Shown in pieces: positions 30,155 to 38,492 of a stretch of DNA of 64,000 bases. Origin of the DNA: Candidatus Methanomethylophilaceae archaeon (lineage in GTDB: Archaea; Thermoplasmatota; Thermoplasmata; Methanomassiliicoccales; Methanomethylophilaceae). Made by a program: the position numbers and the translations under genes. The stretch spans positions 96,001-160,000 of the forward strand of contig CALUHR010000003.1 of the NCBI GenBank assembly GCA_944320495.1. The letters are read 5' to 3'. The notes beneath the pieces were generated by a model. That model was not told where the DNA came from. It saw nothing but the letters and a program-made list of their open reading frames with translations, and made no database searches. Numbering within the stretch: position 1 is the first letter of the stretch; each line of letters opens with the position of its first letter.

Positions 30155-30742
30155 ATGTACGTATACATACTGGGCGGCTTCCTCGGAAGCGGGAAGACCA
30201 CCCTTCTCATGAAACTGGCATCCATGTACACCAAACGCGGCGAGAAGACCGCGCTCCTCGTGAACGAATCCGGGGAGATCGGTGTGGACGGGGCCACTCT
30301 GAAGGCACAGGGTTACGACGCCATCGAGCTGCCGAACGGATGCATCTGCTGCTCCCTCTCCGGTACCCTGCAGTCCGCCCTCAAGAACATCAAGAAGGAC
30401 ATCGACCCCGACATAATCATCATCGAGCCCACCGGACTCGCCCTCCCCCACAAGGTCAGGGAGCTCGTCAAGGTATCCATGATCGACCCGGACGACATCT
30501 TCATCATCGGAGTCGCCGACGTCCAGAGGTTCGACGACCTCGTCAAGAAGAAGGAGCAGTTCTTCAAGATGCAGATGTCCAACGCCGACTTCATCCTGAT
30601 CAACAAGAAGGACCTGGCCAGGCCCGGACAGATCGAGGAGGTCACCGGATGGCTCAACAAGGAGTTCCCCGGCAAGCCCGTGGAAGCCATCTCCGCCAAG
30701 ACCGACGAGAACATCGACAAGCTCTACGAGATGATGAGATGA
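30155..30742 (+). CDS. CobW/HypB/UreG-family metal-chaperone GTPase
   Basis: GGFLGSGKTT, VNESGEIGVDG, LPNGCICC, IIEPTG, NKKD. Confidence 0.9.
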   Translation: MYVYILGGFLGSGKTTLLMKLASMYTKRGEKTALLVNESGEIGVDGATLKAQGYDAIELPNGCICCSLSGTLQSALKNIKKDIDPDIIIIEPTGLALPHKVRELVKVSMIDPDDIFIIGVADVQRFDDLVKKKEQFFKMQMSNADFILINKKDLARPGQIEEVTGWLNKEFPGKPVEAISAKTDENIDKLYEMMR

Positions 30743-31365
30743 GCGGACACGACGAGGAATGCCACTGCCACGATCACGACCATGAGCACGAGCACACCTC
30801 GCTCGACGACGCGAGCGGATGCGCGGTCGGGCTGCAGGGTAGCATCGTCGGCTGGAACGCCGATGCCGAGGCAAGGATGGCGAACGCCCTCCTGACCGTC
30901 GGGAAATGGGTCGCCCAGGAGTCCGGCTGCCTCCTCGGGCACATCAAGGCCGCCGTCGTCGACGAGAACGGCGCCGGCGTGACCCTGAACCTCACCGACC
31001 TCGACAACGGGGTCGAGCACCACGGTACCCTAGAGCCCATGGAGAAGGTGCGCTTCGCATTCATGTGCGCCGTCGTCGACGTCGACGAGCACGAGCTCAG
31101 GCACAGGATGTTCCACGCCATCGACGACACCGGCCTCGACTACGAGCTGGACGAGCACGTGGAATGCCACTGCCACGATCACGACCATGAGCATCACCAC
31201 CACGACGGGGAGTGCCACTGCCATGACCATGAGCACGAGCACGGACACGAGCACCATCATGATGGCGAGTGCCACTGCCACGATCACGATGACAAGGGCT
31301 GCTGCGAGCAGAAGCCCGCGAAGGAGGAGAAGAAATCCTTCTGGAGCAAACTCAGGAGGAAGTGA
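30739..31365 (+). CDS. His/Cys-rich putative metal-binding protein
   Basis: ATGA overlap; ECHCHDHDHEH repeats at both ends around an LLGHIKAAV core. Confidence 0.8.
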   Translation: MSGHDEECHCHDHDHEHEHTSLDDASGCAVGLQGSIVGWNADAEARMANALLTVGKWVAQESGCLLGHIKAAVVDENGAGVTLNLTDLDNGVEHHGTLEPMEKVRFAFMCAVVDVDEHELRHRMFHAIDDTGLDYELDEHVECHCHDHDHEHHHHDGECHCHDHEHEHGHEHHHDGECHCHDHDDKGCCEQKPAKEEKKSFWSKLRRK

Positions 31366-31411
31366 GCCCTCGGGACACGTCTTCCGAACCAAACCTTAGG
31401 AGGAAAATAGA

Positions 31412-33028
31412 ATGGCTTATGGAATATCGATTGACATCGGCACCAGCGGGAGCAGGGCGCACGCGGTCGACCTGGACAGCGGGAAGATCCTGTCCACCTC
31501 GGTCACCGAGTGCCACCCCCTCCCCGGCGCGAACATCATGGACCATCTCACGTTCTGCATCAACGTGGGGACCGAGGTGGCCCACAAGATCCTCATCGAC
31601 ACCGAGAACAAACTGATCAAGACCCTCGGCATCGACCTCAAACAGGTCGAGAAGGTCAGCATCTGCGGTAACCCCATCCAGCTCTCCCTGTTCCAGGGAA
31701 TCCCCGTGGACGACCTCGCCTTCGCCGGCGAGAACGCCCACAAGGCCAGAGGCATCACCGCGCAGAAGAGGGATGCGGGAGTGTTCTCCGCGGTCGACGT
31801 CGGACTCGAGGTCAAGGACGGCTGCGAGCTCTACGTCCCCCCTGCGATCAGGCACGAGATCGGGGCCGACGCACTCGCCATGATGTACAAGAGCGGATTC
31901 CTCGAGGACAAGCGCAACTGCCTCGTCACCGACTACGGAACCAACGCCGAGATGGCCCTGAAGATCGGGGACGACATCTATACGGGGTCCGCCGCGGCCG
32001 GACCCGCCATGGAGGGACAGTCCATCCAGTGCGGGATGCTCGCCGGACCCGGAGCCATCTCCGACCTGACCTACGACTTCCAGTGGGTCTGCCAGGTCCT
32101 GGACGACGACATCATCCCCAAGGAAGGGGACAAGGTCGACTTCGGCCTCGAGACTGTCATCCCCAACGGACCCATGCACGGCAAGGCCACCGGAATCACC
32201 GGAACCGGTGTCATCGCGGCCGTCGCGGCCGCCCTCGACCAGCACCTCTGGAGGAAGGGCAAGCTCACCACCAGCGACGGTAAGCTCCACCTCCAGGACG
32301 GCGTCTACATCGACTCCCACGACATCTCCGAGGCCATGAAGGCCATCGGAGCCATGCGCGCCGGGCACTTCACACTGCTCGAGCACGCCGGTATCAAGTT
32401 CGACGAGATGAGGGTCATGTACATGGCCGGAGCATCCGGAACCTACGTCGACGCCGTCAAGGCCAGGGACGTCGGTCTCCTCCCGCCCTCCTGCGACACG
32501 ATCTACCAGTGGGGCAACACCTCGCTCGCCATGGCCACGGACATCCTCAAGGACCCCGAGCTCCTCGACAAGCTCCAGGACATCGCCAACGGAATCAGGG
32601 CCAACCACATCATGTTCGCCGGCGACAAGATTTTCGAGCAGATCTACACCCAGGAGCTGGCCGTCTGCGACGAGGGCATGCCCATGGACATGTACAACCA
32701 GAATAACGCCATCTACGGCATCCAGGCGCTGCCCAAGCCCAGGGGGACCCCCGAGGTCCACCGCATGGTCCAGCGTGACATCCCAGATCTCGGAGAGCGC
32801 GGACTGTACATCCTCCACGACATCGGCACCGAGCTCCGCGGCCACATGGAGGGCTGCACCGGATGCAAGAAGTGCGAGAGGGAGTGCCCCGAGAACGCGC
32901 TCAAGGTCACCGACGACAAGGAGATCATCGTCCAGACCAAGAACTGCCTGGGTACCGCCTGCTACAGGTGCCAGTTCTCCTGCCCGAGCAAGGTCTACAA
33001 GTACGACAACCTCAAGCTGACCTTCTGA
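31412..33028 (+). CDS. ramA: RamA-type corrinoid protein reductive activase
   Basis: ISIDIGTSG, PLPGANIMDHL, VTDYGTNAEMAL, SAAAGPAMEGQ, MAGASGTY, C-terminal CTGCKKCERECP and CLGTACYRC. Confidence 0.9.
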   Translation: MAYGISIDIGTSGSRAHAVDLDSGKILSTSVTECHPLPGANIMDHLTFCINVGTEVAHKILIDTENKLIKTLGIDLKQVEKVSICGNPIQLSLFQGIPVDDLAFAGENAHKARGITAQKRDAGVFSAVDVGLEVKDGCELYVPPAIRHEIGADALAMMYKSGFLEDKRNCLVTDYGTNAEMALKIGDDIYTGSAAAGPAMEGQSIQCGMLAGPGAISDLTYDFQWVCQVLDDDIIPKEGDKVDFGLETVIPNGPMHGKATGITGTGVIAAVAAALDQHLWRKGKLTTSDGKLHLQDGVYIDSHDISEAMKAIGAMRAGHFTLLEHAGIKFDEMRVMYMAGASGTYVDAVKARDVGLLPPSCDTIYQWGNTSLAMATDILKDPELLDKLQDIANGIRANHIMFAGDKIFEQIYTQELAVCDEGMPMDMYNQNNAIYGIQALPKPRGTPEVHRMVQRDIPDLGERGLYILHDIGTELRGHMEGCTGCKKCERECPENALKVTDDKEIIVQTKNCLGTACYRCQFSCPSKVYKYDNLKLTF

Positions 33029-33209
33029 GGTCGCATTGAGAAACAGGGCCTCCGGGCCCGTCTTCCTTTATTATAATATTCAAGAATCGACAGGGACCCA
33101 TGGCGCGTGTGTCCCCCTGACATCACGGATAGAAGGAGCCCCGCCGTCCCAAAGACGGCAGGGGTAAAATCGTTTGGACCCCTCGCGTTGATCGGGAGGG
33201 GCGGGAGCC

Positions 33210-34055
33210 TCACTCCAGGACGTTCTCCTTCTCCAGCTCTTCGAGGATCCTCTTGCGGAGCGCGGTGAACTCGGGGGAGGCGCGGTCCCTGGGACGGGGC
33301 CAGCCGATCTCCACGACCTCCTTGATGGTAGCCGGGCGCTTGGTCAGGATGACGATCCTGTCCGACAGGTAGACCGCCTCGTCGACCGAGTGGGTGATGA
33401 AGATGATCGTCTGATCGGTCTTGTCCAGGATCTTCAGCAGGCCGGCCTGCATCAGGTTCCTGGTCTGGGCATCGAGAGCGCCGAACGGCTCATCCATCAG
33501 GATGACGTCGGGGTTTGTGACCATCGCCCTTGCGATGGCGACGCGCTGCTTCATCCCTCCTGAGAGCTCGTGTACCCTGTGGTCGGCGAACTTCTCCAGA
33601 CCGACGATCTTCAGGTACTTCTCGGCGCGCTCGCGGCGCTCCTCCTTGGGCATGCCGGCGATCTCGAGGCCGAACTCTACGTTCTTCCTGACGGATCTCC
33701 AGGGGAACAGGGCGAAGTCCTGGAAGACCATGCCCCTGTCCGAACCTGGTCCGGTGCACTCGCGGTCCCCGATCAGGATCTTCCCCGAGGACGGGGGGAT
33801 CAGGCCCGCCAGCATCCTCAGTATGGTCGTCTTCCCGCATCCGGAGGGGCCGACGATCGTTATGAGCTCGCCCTTGCGGATATCGAGGGAGAAGTCCTCC
33901 AGGACCACAGTCTCGGAATCCTCGGTGACGTACGTCTTGCTCAGATTCCGAATGTGAATCTGGTCCTCCCCCTCCTTGATCTCCTCGGAGGGCACGAAGG
34001 TGTCGCTCTCCACTGCTGTGCCGGCGGTTACACCGGGTTCGATCTCCTCAGACAT
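33210..34055 (-). CDS. ABC transporter ATP-binding subunit (nitrate/sulfonate/taurine type)
   Basis: GPSGCGKTT, LSGGMKQR, LMDEPFGALD, ITHSVDEAV. Confidence 0.93.
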   Translation of the reverse strand: MSEEIEPGVTAGTAVESDTFVPSEEIKEGEDQIHIRNLSKTYVTEDSETVVLEDFSLDIRKGELITIVGPSGCGKTTILRMLAGLIPPSSGKILIGDRECTGPGSDRGMVFQDFALFPWRSVRKNVEFGLEIAGMPKEERRERAEKYLKIVGLEKFADHRVHELSGGMKQRVAIARAMVTNPDVILMDEPFGALDAQTRNLMQAGLLKILDKTDQTIIFITHSVDEAVYLSDRIVILTKRPATIKEVVEIGWPRPRDRASPEFTALRKRILEELEKENVLE

Positions 34056-34872
34056 TGGACATCCCCATCCTCTTCGTAATGATCTTGTGGACGTACTCCG
34101 CGAGGCCCGTGGTGAGTATACCCAGTATCGCGATGATCACGATCGCCGCGAAGGCGTTGGGCCACAGGCCGTTGGTCGCCATGGTCGAGAGGTAGTATCC
34201 GATTCCTCCCAGCTGAGGCGCGTAGAGCTCCGCGGCCACGATACACATCCATCCTACCCCGAGACCGACCTTGACACCGTTCATCAGGTACGGGATGGCG
34301 CTCGGGACCATAACCTTGTAGAACACCTGGACCGACGACGCCCCCATCGTCCTGGCGGCGTCCATCAGGTTGGGATCGATCTTCTGCACACCGAACACCA
34401 CGTTCGTGAGCACCGGGAAGAATATGCCGATGAACACGACGAGTATGGGTCCGATGGTGTAGTCGATGGCCAGGATGAATATGGGCGCCCATGCGATCGG
34501 GGCGATAGGCCTCAGGACCTCAATTACCGGGTTGGCGAACTCCCTCACGGTCTTCGAATATCCTATGATGAGACCGAGGGGAACGGCCACGACGAGGGCC
34601 AGGAGGAATCCCAGCAGGAACGTCTTGAGACTCGATCCGATGTACTGCCAGACCGTGCGTCCGCTGGTGACCGAATCGCCGTTGACCACGAGGTCGACCA
34701 GGGCGTTCCACGTCTCCAGCGGGGTCGGGATGGCTGTCGAGTTCAGGAGGAGGGACACGTCCCACCAGGCGAACACGAAGCACACCAGCGACGTGATGGC
34801 TATCACTGCGGTCCTGAACCAGCGATGGTAGCGGTTGTTCTCATCGTAGGTCCAGTTCAATATGGTCGCCAT
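34048..34872 (-). CDS. ABC transporter permease (SsuC/TauC type)
   Basis: LRPIAPIAWAP, LMDAARTMGAS (EAA loop), WMCIVAAEL. Confidence 0.92.
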   Translation of the reverse strand: MATILNWTYDENNRYHRWFRTAVIAITSLVCFVFAWWDVSLLLNSTAIPTPLETWNALVDLVVNGDSVTSGRTVWQYIGSSLKTFLLGFLLALVVAVPLGLIIGYSKTVREFANPVIEVLRPIAPIAWAPIFILAIDYTIGPILVVFIGIFFPVLTNVVFGVQKIDPNLMDAARTMGASSVQVFYKVMVPSAIPYLMNGVKVGLGVGWMCIVAAELYAPQLGGIGYYLSTMATNGLWPNAFAAIVIIAILGILTTGLAEYVHKIITKRMGMSNV

Positions 34873-34882
34873 TATGCCACCT

Positions 34883-36085
34883 TCAGCTCGGGATCAGGGA
34901 ACCGTTGATGACAGCGGTCGTTATGGGTGGGGCTCCGACGAATCCGAACACGACCTCTCCGTTCTGCAGGGAGGTCGCCACGCCGCCGCCGTTGGAGGCG
35001 CTGCTGACCTCGACGTTGATGCCGTACTCCTCGTAGAATCCCTTCTCTATGCCAAGGTGGATGGCGATCTGGTGGATATCTCCGGCGATGACTCCGACCC
35101 TGACGGTGGACATCGAGTACCCGGACTCACTCTTCTCGTAGTCCAAGGCCTTGGCGAGATATCCGCCATTGACGTACCTCTGCGCGAACTCGTACGTGTC
35201 GCTGAATCCCTGCCTCTCGACGGAACCGGCGAGTCCGAGGTTGTCTACGAGATCCGCCACGGCGTCCTCGAGGCTGGCAAGGGGCTTGTCCGCGGTGTCC
35301 CCGAGGGACGCGTCGTTCCCGTACACGTAGTTCACGGAATCCAGGGACGCCTCGATGACGGCGCGGTTGGAGATCCCGGTCCTGTCCATGGCGAGCTGCA
35401 CCAGCTCGGCGTACTCCTCGGAGGACTTGTCGGCGATGGCGTTGTTGACCCAGTCGACGGACTTGATGTATCCGGCGAGGAACCTGACGGTTATGTCGGA
35501 GTTGGAGGTTATGAACTCATGGGAAGCGCCGATGACGCAGCAGGTGTGTCCGGGGTCGTAGTCGGCGGAGGTCATGAGGGACACGCATGGACGGACGGTG
35601 CTCTCGAGCATCGCCTGGTACTGGGGCTGCCAGATGATCCCTCCGTCGAGCTGGGGGGAGTTCTCGAAGGCCGCGGCGTTGGTGATGCTGTCGTTGTAAT
35701 AGACGATGCCGCATCCCGGGGAGGTGTTGGCCCCGGTGGTGTACAGCATGAAACGGAGGCCCATGCTCTCGACTATGCTCTTCAGTTGAACGTGTTGGAT
35801 GGTCGTCGGTCCGGGGGTGCCGAAGATCTTGCCCTCCCAGAAATCAGGATGGTACGTGATCGTGCCGTCCTCGCCGATCAGCGGGGTCCCGTCGCTGTCG
35901 ACATCGATGAAGTCGCTTGCGCTGTACTTGTCGTCGATATAGATTCCAGACCCTTCCGTGTTGACACGGGCTATGAGGTTGATCTCCTTGTCATCGTTAT
36001 CCTGATTGTAGAACATGACCAGGATGGAAGAGGAGAGCAGGAACGCGACCACGATGGCCGCAGTGAGTACTACCTTCTTGTCCAG
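34883..36085 (-). CDS. ABC transporter substrate-binding protein, membrane-anchored (probable CTG start)
   Basis: AAGGAGGATACC-CTG-GAC-AAG-AAG then a TM helix; IIWQPQ, HTCCVIGA, GDIHQIA, FGFVGAPP. Confidence 0.8.
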   Translation of the reverse strand: MDKKVVLTAAIVVAFLLSSSILVMFYNQDNDDKEINLIARVNTEGSGIYIDDKYSASDFIDVDSDGTPLIGEDGTITYHPDFWEGKIFGTPGPTTIQHVQLKSIVESMGLRFMLYTTGANTSPGCGIVYYNDSITNAAAFENSPQLDGGIIWQPQYQAMLESTVRPCVSLMTSADYDPGHTCCVIGASHEFITSNSDITVRFLAGYIKSVDWVNNAIADKSSEEYAELVQLAMDRTGISNRAVIEASLDSVNYVYGNDASLGDTADKPLASLEDAVADLVDNLGLAGSVERQGFSDTYEFAQRYVNGGYLAKALDYEKSESGYSMSTVRVGVIAGDIHQIAIHLGIEKGFYEEYGINVEVSSASNGGGVATSLQNGEVVFGFVGAPPITTAVINGSLIPS

Positions 36086-36366
36086 GGTATCCTCCTTCTG
36101 GAAGTAAACAAACGTTGTTTGATATTTAACCATTAGAGGAATTGATTTTACAATCAGGATAATTCAATATTCGTGATGTCCCCTTCCGATTGAACATCCA
36201 GAGGTGATCGGATGTGGACGGGGACATCGGCATGAGGTCCGGGAGATATGACCGCATTCCGCGTGCGATTCCTGATTGGGTGAAATCCGGATGTGGATAA
36301 CGGTCGGGATGACAGGAACTTGTGGAAGCTGTATGACGGGGCCTTACGGCCCCTGTTTCAGCGGGA

Positions 36367-36792
36367 TCAGATGTCCCTGAAGAGCGTCGCGTACTGCATG
36401 CGCTCGGCGCCGAAGTACTCCTTGCAATACTCCGCCGTGGCCTCCGGAGGAAACTCCCTGCAGGAGAACACGTCTATGAACGCCCGGTCCGTGTCCTCGG
36501 CGAAGTGCCCTGCTATGCAGGACGTCTCGATCAGCTGCACCAGGGAGTAGCCCTCGACCTTCGGCTCCGCACCGAACCTGACGACGACGGGGTCTCCGAA
36601 GCGCTTCATCCTGATGTGATCCGCGAGGTCGATGGCGAACTGCCTGATGTAGTCGCCGTCGCAGATCTTCTGGTGGTCGCACCCGCCAAGATCAACGGCC
36701 ACGTGGAGACCCCAGTGGTTCTCATCGCCGTATTTCCTGATGGACTCCTCATCCGTGAGGAGTGGTCCCGAATAGGGGCTCATGCTGTACAT
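36367..36792 (-). CDS. S-adenosylmethionine decarboxylase proenzyme family
   Basis: WGLHVAVDLGGCD, GYSLVQLIETSCIAGHF, FIDVFSC. Confidence 0.8.
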   Translation of the reverse strand: MYSMSPYSGPLLTDEESIRKYGDENHWGLHVAVDLGGCDHQKICDGDYIRQFAIDLADHIRMKRFGDPVVVRFGAEPKVEGYSLVQLIETSCIAGHFAEDTDRAFIDVFSCREFPPEATAEYCKEYFGAERMQYATLFRDI

Positions 36793-36991
36793 GTCAAACA
36801 CCTGCGGTTTAACCGCGGATGGACGAACGGGGAACCCTACTTGAAACCGACCCTACCCCATGTCTCGTAAGAGATAATCGGAGGCCAGTGTTGTCTCCCA
36901 CGTGTCATCCGTTCGGTCCAGGAGACAGCCCGACGGACATCCCGCCGGGCGGGAGCGAACCGTAATATCGGGATATCCAGTTGACTATGGT

Positions 36992-38104
36992 ATGAATCCC
37001 CCGAAGGTCTACTACACATCCATGCGGTGCGAGGTCGGAGACAGCCTCCTGGACAAGCTGGAGAGACTGGTCCGCGCGGCCGGCATCGAGGACATCGACA
37101 TGGACCGCAAGTTCGTGGCCATCAAGACCCATTTCGGCGAGTACGGCAACCTCTCGTACCTCAGGCCGAACTACGCCAAGACCATAGCGGACATCGTGAA
37201 ACTCCAGGGGGGCATACCTTTCCTCACTGACTGCAACACCCTGTACGTGGGCAAGAGGAAGAACGCCATCGAGCACATGGACACCGCCAACCTCAACGGG
37301 TTCTCCCCGATGTCCACGGGATGCCAGATTGTGATCGCCGACGGCCTGAAGGGCGACGATGACGTCGAGATTCCCATCGACGGGGAGTACGTGAAGAACG
37401 CCAAGATCGGACGCGCCATCGCCGATTCCGACGTCATCATCACTCTCAGCCACTTCAAGTGCCACGAGCAGACCGGGTTCGGCGGCGCCCTCAAGAACCT
37501 GGCCATGGGGTGCGGATCCCGCAGGGGGAAGATGGAGATGCACTCCGCCGGGAAGCCGTGCGTCGATGCCGAGAAGTGCAGGGGCTGCGGGAAGTGCATG
37601 CAGTTCTGCGCCGCCGATGCCATAGAGATGGTCGACCGCAAGGCGGAGATCGTCGAGGACAGGTGCGTCGGGTGCGGGAGATGCGTGAGCGCCTGCCCGT
37701 TCGACGCCGTGGAGGCGTTCATGGACCAGAAGTTCGACATAGTGAACGCCAAGATCGTCGAGTACGCCATGGCCGCGACCAAGGGGAAGGAATGCTTCCA
37801 CATCAGCGTCATCTGCGACGTGTCCCCGTTCTGCGACTGCCACGGCGAGAACGACGTGCCAGTGGTTCCGGACGTGGGCATACTCGCATCCACGGACCCC
37901 GTGGCCCTCGACAGGGCGAGCGTCGATCTGGTGCAAAAGCAGCAGATCATTCCCGGGTCCCGCCTCTGGGACAACTGCAGCGGGAGGAGGCCATCGGACC
38001 TCCTGACGTGCAACCAGCCCGCCACCAACTGGATGTCCACCTTCGAGCACGCCGCAAAGATGGGATTCGGCAGCTCCGAGTACGAGCTCGTGGAAGTGAG
38101 ATGA
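36992..38104 (+). CDS. DUF362-like Fe-S protein with 2[4Fe-4S] ferredoxin domain
   Basis: VAIKTHFGEYGN, SHFKCH, FGGALKNLAMG, CRGCGKCMQFC, CVGCGRCVSACP, CDCH. Confidence 0.85.
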   Translation: MNPPKVYYTSMRCEVGDSLLDKLERLVRAAGIEDIDMDRKFVAIKTHFGEYGNLSYLRPNYAKTIADIVKLQGGIPFLTDCNTLYVGKRKNAIEHMDTANLNGFSPMSTGCQIVIADGLKGDDDVEIPIDGEYVKNAKIGRAIADSDVIITLSHFKCHEQTGFGGALKNLAMGCGSRRGKMEMHSAGKPCVDAEKCRGCGKCMQFCAADAIEMVDRKAEIVEDRCVGCGRCVSACPFDAVEAFMDQKFDIVNAKIVEYAMAATKGKECFHISVICDVSPFCDCHGENDVPVVPDVGILASTDPVALDRASVDLVQKQQIIPGSRLWDNCSGRRPSDLLTCNQPATNWMSTFEHAAKMGFGSSEYELVEVR

Positions 38105-38394
38105 TGGAGGCCATGATCTCGGACCTGTTCGAGATCCTGATGCTGCTCGGCTTCGCCGCAGCCTGGCCCTTCAACATCATCCGCGCATGGCGCGCCCGCA
38201 CCGCCGTCGGCACCAGCCCTTACTTCATGATCGTCATCGAGTTCGCATACCTCTGCGGCATGATCAGCAAGGCCGTCGTCGCCGACTGGTGGCCGGTGTT
38301 CCCGTTCTACGTGCTCGACTTCTGTCTCGTCGCGGTGGCCCTGATGATATACGTCAGGAACAGGCGGATGGATGCCGCCAAAGGCAGGCCGCGA
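38101..38394 (+). CDS. Small PQ-loop-like membrane protein (ends at CGA 38392-38394)
   Basis: 97 aa, three hydrophobic helices, FAAAWPFNIIRAWRART; ATGA overlap with upstream gene. Confidence 0.72.
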
Positions 38395-38433
38395 GACGAG
38401 AAACGACAGTGCCAGCACATCGACGGGACGGAG

Positions 38434-38450
38434 GGGCCCCTTCGGGGCCC
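38434..38450 (+). terminator. GC hairpin downstream of the CGA-terminated gene
   Basis: GGGCCCC-TTC-GGGGCCC. Confidence 0.45.
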
Positions 38451-38492
38451 TATCCCCTCCCTTTAAGTTCAGAAGCACGTTGACTACGCCCG

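Noticed and set aside
31150-31295. Short tandem DNA repeats that might be CRISPR-like
   Set aside because: They are in-frame His-rich coding repeats with no unique spacers and no cas genes.
36086-36133. ATG 36133 as start of the ABC substrate-binding protein
   Set aside because: It lies upstream of the TTAAATA TATA-like element; an SD-preceded CTG at 36085 fits better.
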